Origin: Lama glama
Lineage: Eukaryota
DNA: 64,000 nucleotides
Direction: 5' to 3'
Assembly: GCA_028534125.1 (NCBI GenBank)
Contig: CM052816.1
Location: 2,854,001-2,918,000 of the forward strand
Part shown: piece by piece, positions 62,464-64,000 of the stretch
How positions within the stretch are numbered: the first letter of the stretch is position 1
How the letters are laid out: each line of letters opens with the position of its first letter
Program-made: the position numbers and the translations under genes
Notes under the pieces: model-generated
Databases searched by the model: none
The model's input: the letters and a program-made list of their open reading frames with translations, nothing else
What the model was told of the DNA's origin: nothing

Positions 62464-63009
62464 GACACAATGAGAAGTAAAGAACTTCTCTGGGAACTGG
62501 GCAAGAAGAGTTAGAAGGGATGCCAAATATGTGGACATTTCTGAAGAGCTTCCAAGTTCTAGCAGTTATTGGTGGACAACTTAACAGAGACATTAAGCTT
62601 TATAGGTCTCAGTTTCCCCATTTCTGGGAAGGAGCTCTGCATTTGCCACCCCCTTCCCCAGTACAGTCCAAAAGTGAGGGAATGATAGACAGACAGAAAG
62701 GCACACACATGAACACACACATGCACAAACACCACTTAAGTCTAGGGATTTGGGAGTAGAAAATATCTATGCCTCATCTTGTGCCTGGGATCCTGGAAGG
62801 CTGCAGTTTTGCAGTGGTCCGCGTTCCACCGTGGCATAAGAGCAGTAGACTATAGATGGCTATAAGGATGTGTGGGAAGACAGGTCAATTTTCTCACGAT
62901 TTCTAGTGGGACATAGAAATTAGGAGAGAAATAAAGGGAGCCAGGAAATCTGAAAAGTCTCTGCAACAGGAATGAGTGGATATCACAGTGGAATGTCGTA
63001 TAGACACCA

Positions 63010-63388
63010 TGCCAGTCAGGACAGGCTAAGTTGTGCTGCAACAACAAACAACTCCAAAATCTCAGTGGCTTACAACAACAAAATTGTATTTCACGCTCAT
63101 GACACATGTATATAACAGCAGGATGGGAGAGCTCTACTCACTGTAGTCCCTCAAGAACTCAAGCAGCCATCTTGAACATTGCCATGTGCTATGCAGAGAG
63201 AAGCAACTCTAAAGGGTGTGACACCCATAACAAAATGCTTTGTCTAGAAGTTACACATGTGACATCCATAGAGAAATAGACATATGACCCCACCCAGTCT
63301 TAAGGGAGTGAAAAATGTAATCCTACCTGTTCCCAGAAGAGGTAAGACCTGGACATACTTGGCAAACAGCACAACTGACTGCCACAAA
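63010..63388 (-). mobile_element. Old MaLR LTR (MLT1I/J-like)
   Basis: AGTCAGGACAGGCTAAGTTGTGCTGCAACAACAAACAACTCCAAAATCTCAGTGGCTTACAACAACAAA. Confidence 0.88.
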
Positions 63389-63668
63389 CCATCTGACTAA
63401 GGACCAAATGCAAACAACTCAGCAGAAGCCATCACAGAGGGGATGACAAATCAGACGGCTGACTATCTTAGCAGAAACCAGTTTTCAATAGTCACCAACG
63501 TAGGATCAAGTGCCCCCCCCACCACAACTCCATGATCTCACGTGAGGCCTTCAGAACCTGGATGTTATCCAGAGATAAGGAAGCAGAGCAGAAAATACTG
63601 ACTTGACTTAGTGTGGCTAGAATGAACTAAAACTGTTTTCTGCTATCAAGAATAGTCTAACCAGGTGA

Positions 63669-63794
63669 GGGGAGGGTATAGCCCAGGGGTAGAGCACATG
63701 CCTAGCATGCATGAGGTCCTGGGTTCCAGCCCCAGTACTGCCATTAAGAAATAAATAAATAAATAGACCTAATTACCTCACCCCCCAAAAAAAA
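63669..63794 (+). mobile_element. Camelid tRNA-Ala-derived SINE, long form, more diverged
   Basis: GGGGAGGGTATAGCCCAGGGGTAGAGCACATGCCTAGCATGCATGAGGTCCTGGGTTC..(AAAT)n..CCTAATTACCTCACCCCCC plus A tail. Confidence 0.92.
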
Positions 63795-64000
63795 TTTTAA
63801 ATGCAACTGATTAAACACAGAAAGTCTCAAAAATGAGACCAAGTTGAACGATCAAAACCTAATGTGGCACTTTTTTGCACAGCTAATTATTAAATCTACA
63901 CCTTTACTATTAGCAATCTTCATAGGTCAGTTCACATTTTATCTCTTCCATAAAGACTTTCCTGATGGGCCGACCAGGCTGTGATAGTCACTTGATACTC

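Noticed and set aside
1..64000. Naming the genomic locus or host gene
   Set aside because: No recognisable known exon or CpG-island promoter is present, so any locus name would be a guess.

Overview
Mammalian genomic DNA, almost certainly camelid (alpaca, llama or camel). The lineage call rests on three copies of a tRNA-Ala(AGC)-derived SINE and several young L1 3'-end insertions carrying the ATGAATATATGTATGTATATGCATGACTGGGAC motif. The window is intergenic or intronic and dense in interspersed repeats: MIR, L2, old and young L1, MaLR/ERVL/ERV1 LTRs, and hAT and Tigger DNA elements. It has two 500-N scaffold gaps. I can identify no known protein-coding gene, and nearly all ORFs in the supplied track are repeat-derived or chance. 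The repeat-free parts hold (i) several CpG-retaining, transcription-factor-motif-dense blocks that look like conserved developmental enhancers (about 16.3-16.8, 27.2-27.7, 33.5-34.2 and 57.65-58.0 kb), and (ii) a set of minus-strand exon-like segments with good splice sites and partly compatible phases (42.7-43.0, 40.55-40.7 and 20.55-20.9 kb, plus weaker ones). These could be a decayed or unannotated multi-exon gene or lncRNA; this is a hypothesis, not a call. Repeat family names come from my recollection of consensus sequences, not from a search, and their boundaries are approximate unless TSDs or TIRs are cited.
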